64,000 bases of DNA from Octopus bimaculoides. Its lineage: Eukaryota. Every line of letters begins with the position of its first letter. Within the stretch, counting starts at the first letter, position 1. Below are positions 62,881-64,000 of this stretch, piece by piece. The notes under the pieces are model-generated. The model ran no database searches. It was not told the DNA's origin and saw nothing but the letters and a program-made list of their open reading frames with translations. Made by a program: the position numbers and the translations under genes. Where the stretch lies: positions 48,016,919 to 48,080,918 of the forward strand of contig NC_068988.1 of assembly GCF_001194135.2 (NCBI RefSeq). The letters run 5' to 3'.

Positions 62881-64000
62881 AATTTCCAAAGACTAATAAA
62901 GCATTGTTATTGAATTACGCTGGAATAATCTAATTCCTTGACAGTTGCGAGTGCATTCAGAGAATTAATTTAACAGTGAACAAATAAAATAGTCGTGTGC
63001 AAGAACATCCTGTTGGCAACACACGTTGGAATAAGTCAAAGAAAGCAATGAAGAAAGTTCTTTTTAAATGTAATAAACAGTGCTATGATTGATGTAATAT
63101 TTCTTTGAAAAATGATCATTTTGAAGAAAACAAACAAAAAACACAAAAAATACGAAAGATGAAAGGAAAAAAAACAAGAAAAAGTATTTGCATTTTGATT
63201 TTGGGAGAAAGAATTAGTGTTTGAAGTTAAAGCTGTTTTATTTATTTATTAGTTTGTTTTTTTTTTAGTTTTTATGTGTATGTGTGTGTGTGTGTGTTCT
63301 ATTGCAGTGTGGCAGAATTGGTAAAAACATATTGACAGACTAAGCATATTTCAGTATTTGGTGGGTCCCATCTAATCTAGATTTTGAGTTCAAATAAAAT
63401 ATGGATTAAGCCTACCTTTTATCTTTCAAGCAATGATAGAGAAAAAAAACAAAAAAACATAGATACAATTTAAAATGAAATAAGCCAAGGAACATAATTC
63501 AAATAAGCCTATAGCATGAACTTGGATAATCAAATTAAAAGGATGATATATTGAAGGCTGCAGAGAGAAATTTTTTAATTAATGTAATTTCCCTATTAGA
63601 TGGAGAAAGAAACTAAAAACCTAGAGGCAATTCTTAATGAATTTTTAAGGAAAAAGAGAAATCATTTCAACAGGTACCAGTCATGTACTGAGGTTGATTT
63701 AACAGACAAGACTAGACACCTTTACTACAACATTTATGTCATTGTTGTTGTTGTTGTTGCTATGCTTGTCTAGCCTCTCACCTCACAGGTAAGCTTTGAC
63801 TATCTCACCTTTTATATCTCAATCATAGAGCATCTTGAACTGTGTTTTTCCTTTTCTCTTTCCTTTTTTTTTACCTTTAAGATAGTAGGGTTTGAGTTGA
63901 AGTTGGTGATATGGAAAAACCTATTCAATCATTGAATTCAATGCATTGTAGTATTTGTTCTGACCCTCTCTGAGTTCAAATCCTGTCAAGGTCAACTTTG

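Overview
AT-rich, CpG-poor, repeat-dense eukaryotic draft sequence with about 14 N-gaps, most of them flanked by microsatellites. The repeat families look like those of an octopod cephalopod; this is recognition from memory, not a database match. Most of the window is tRNA-derived SINEs of several modular families, microsatellites, and decayed fragments of retroelements and transposons. These include CR1/L2-like, RTE and R4/Dong-like LINEs, two Penelope-like GIY-YIG elements, mariner fragments, MITEs and solo LTRs. Almost all ORFs in the supplied track are artefacts of repeats or N-gaps. No host gene could be named, but several short candidate exons with canonical splice sites suggest the window may lie inside one large, intron-rich gene. 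The best-supported unusual signals are: (1) a near-perfect minimal type I hammerhead ribozyme at 56016-56067 and a degenerate one at 15506-15590, each tied to a Penelope-like element; (2) a 3' tail shared by the dominant SINE and a CR1-like LINE, with a covarying stem-loop; (3) a TIR element family carrying TTAGGG telomeric repeats. Repeat boundaries are by-eye estimates.
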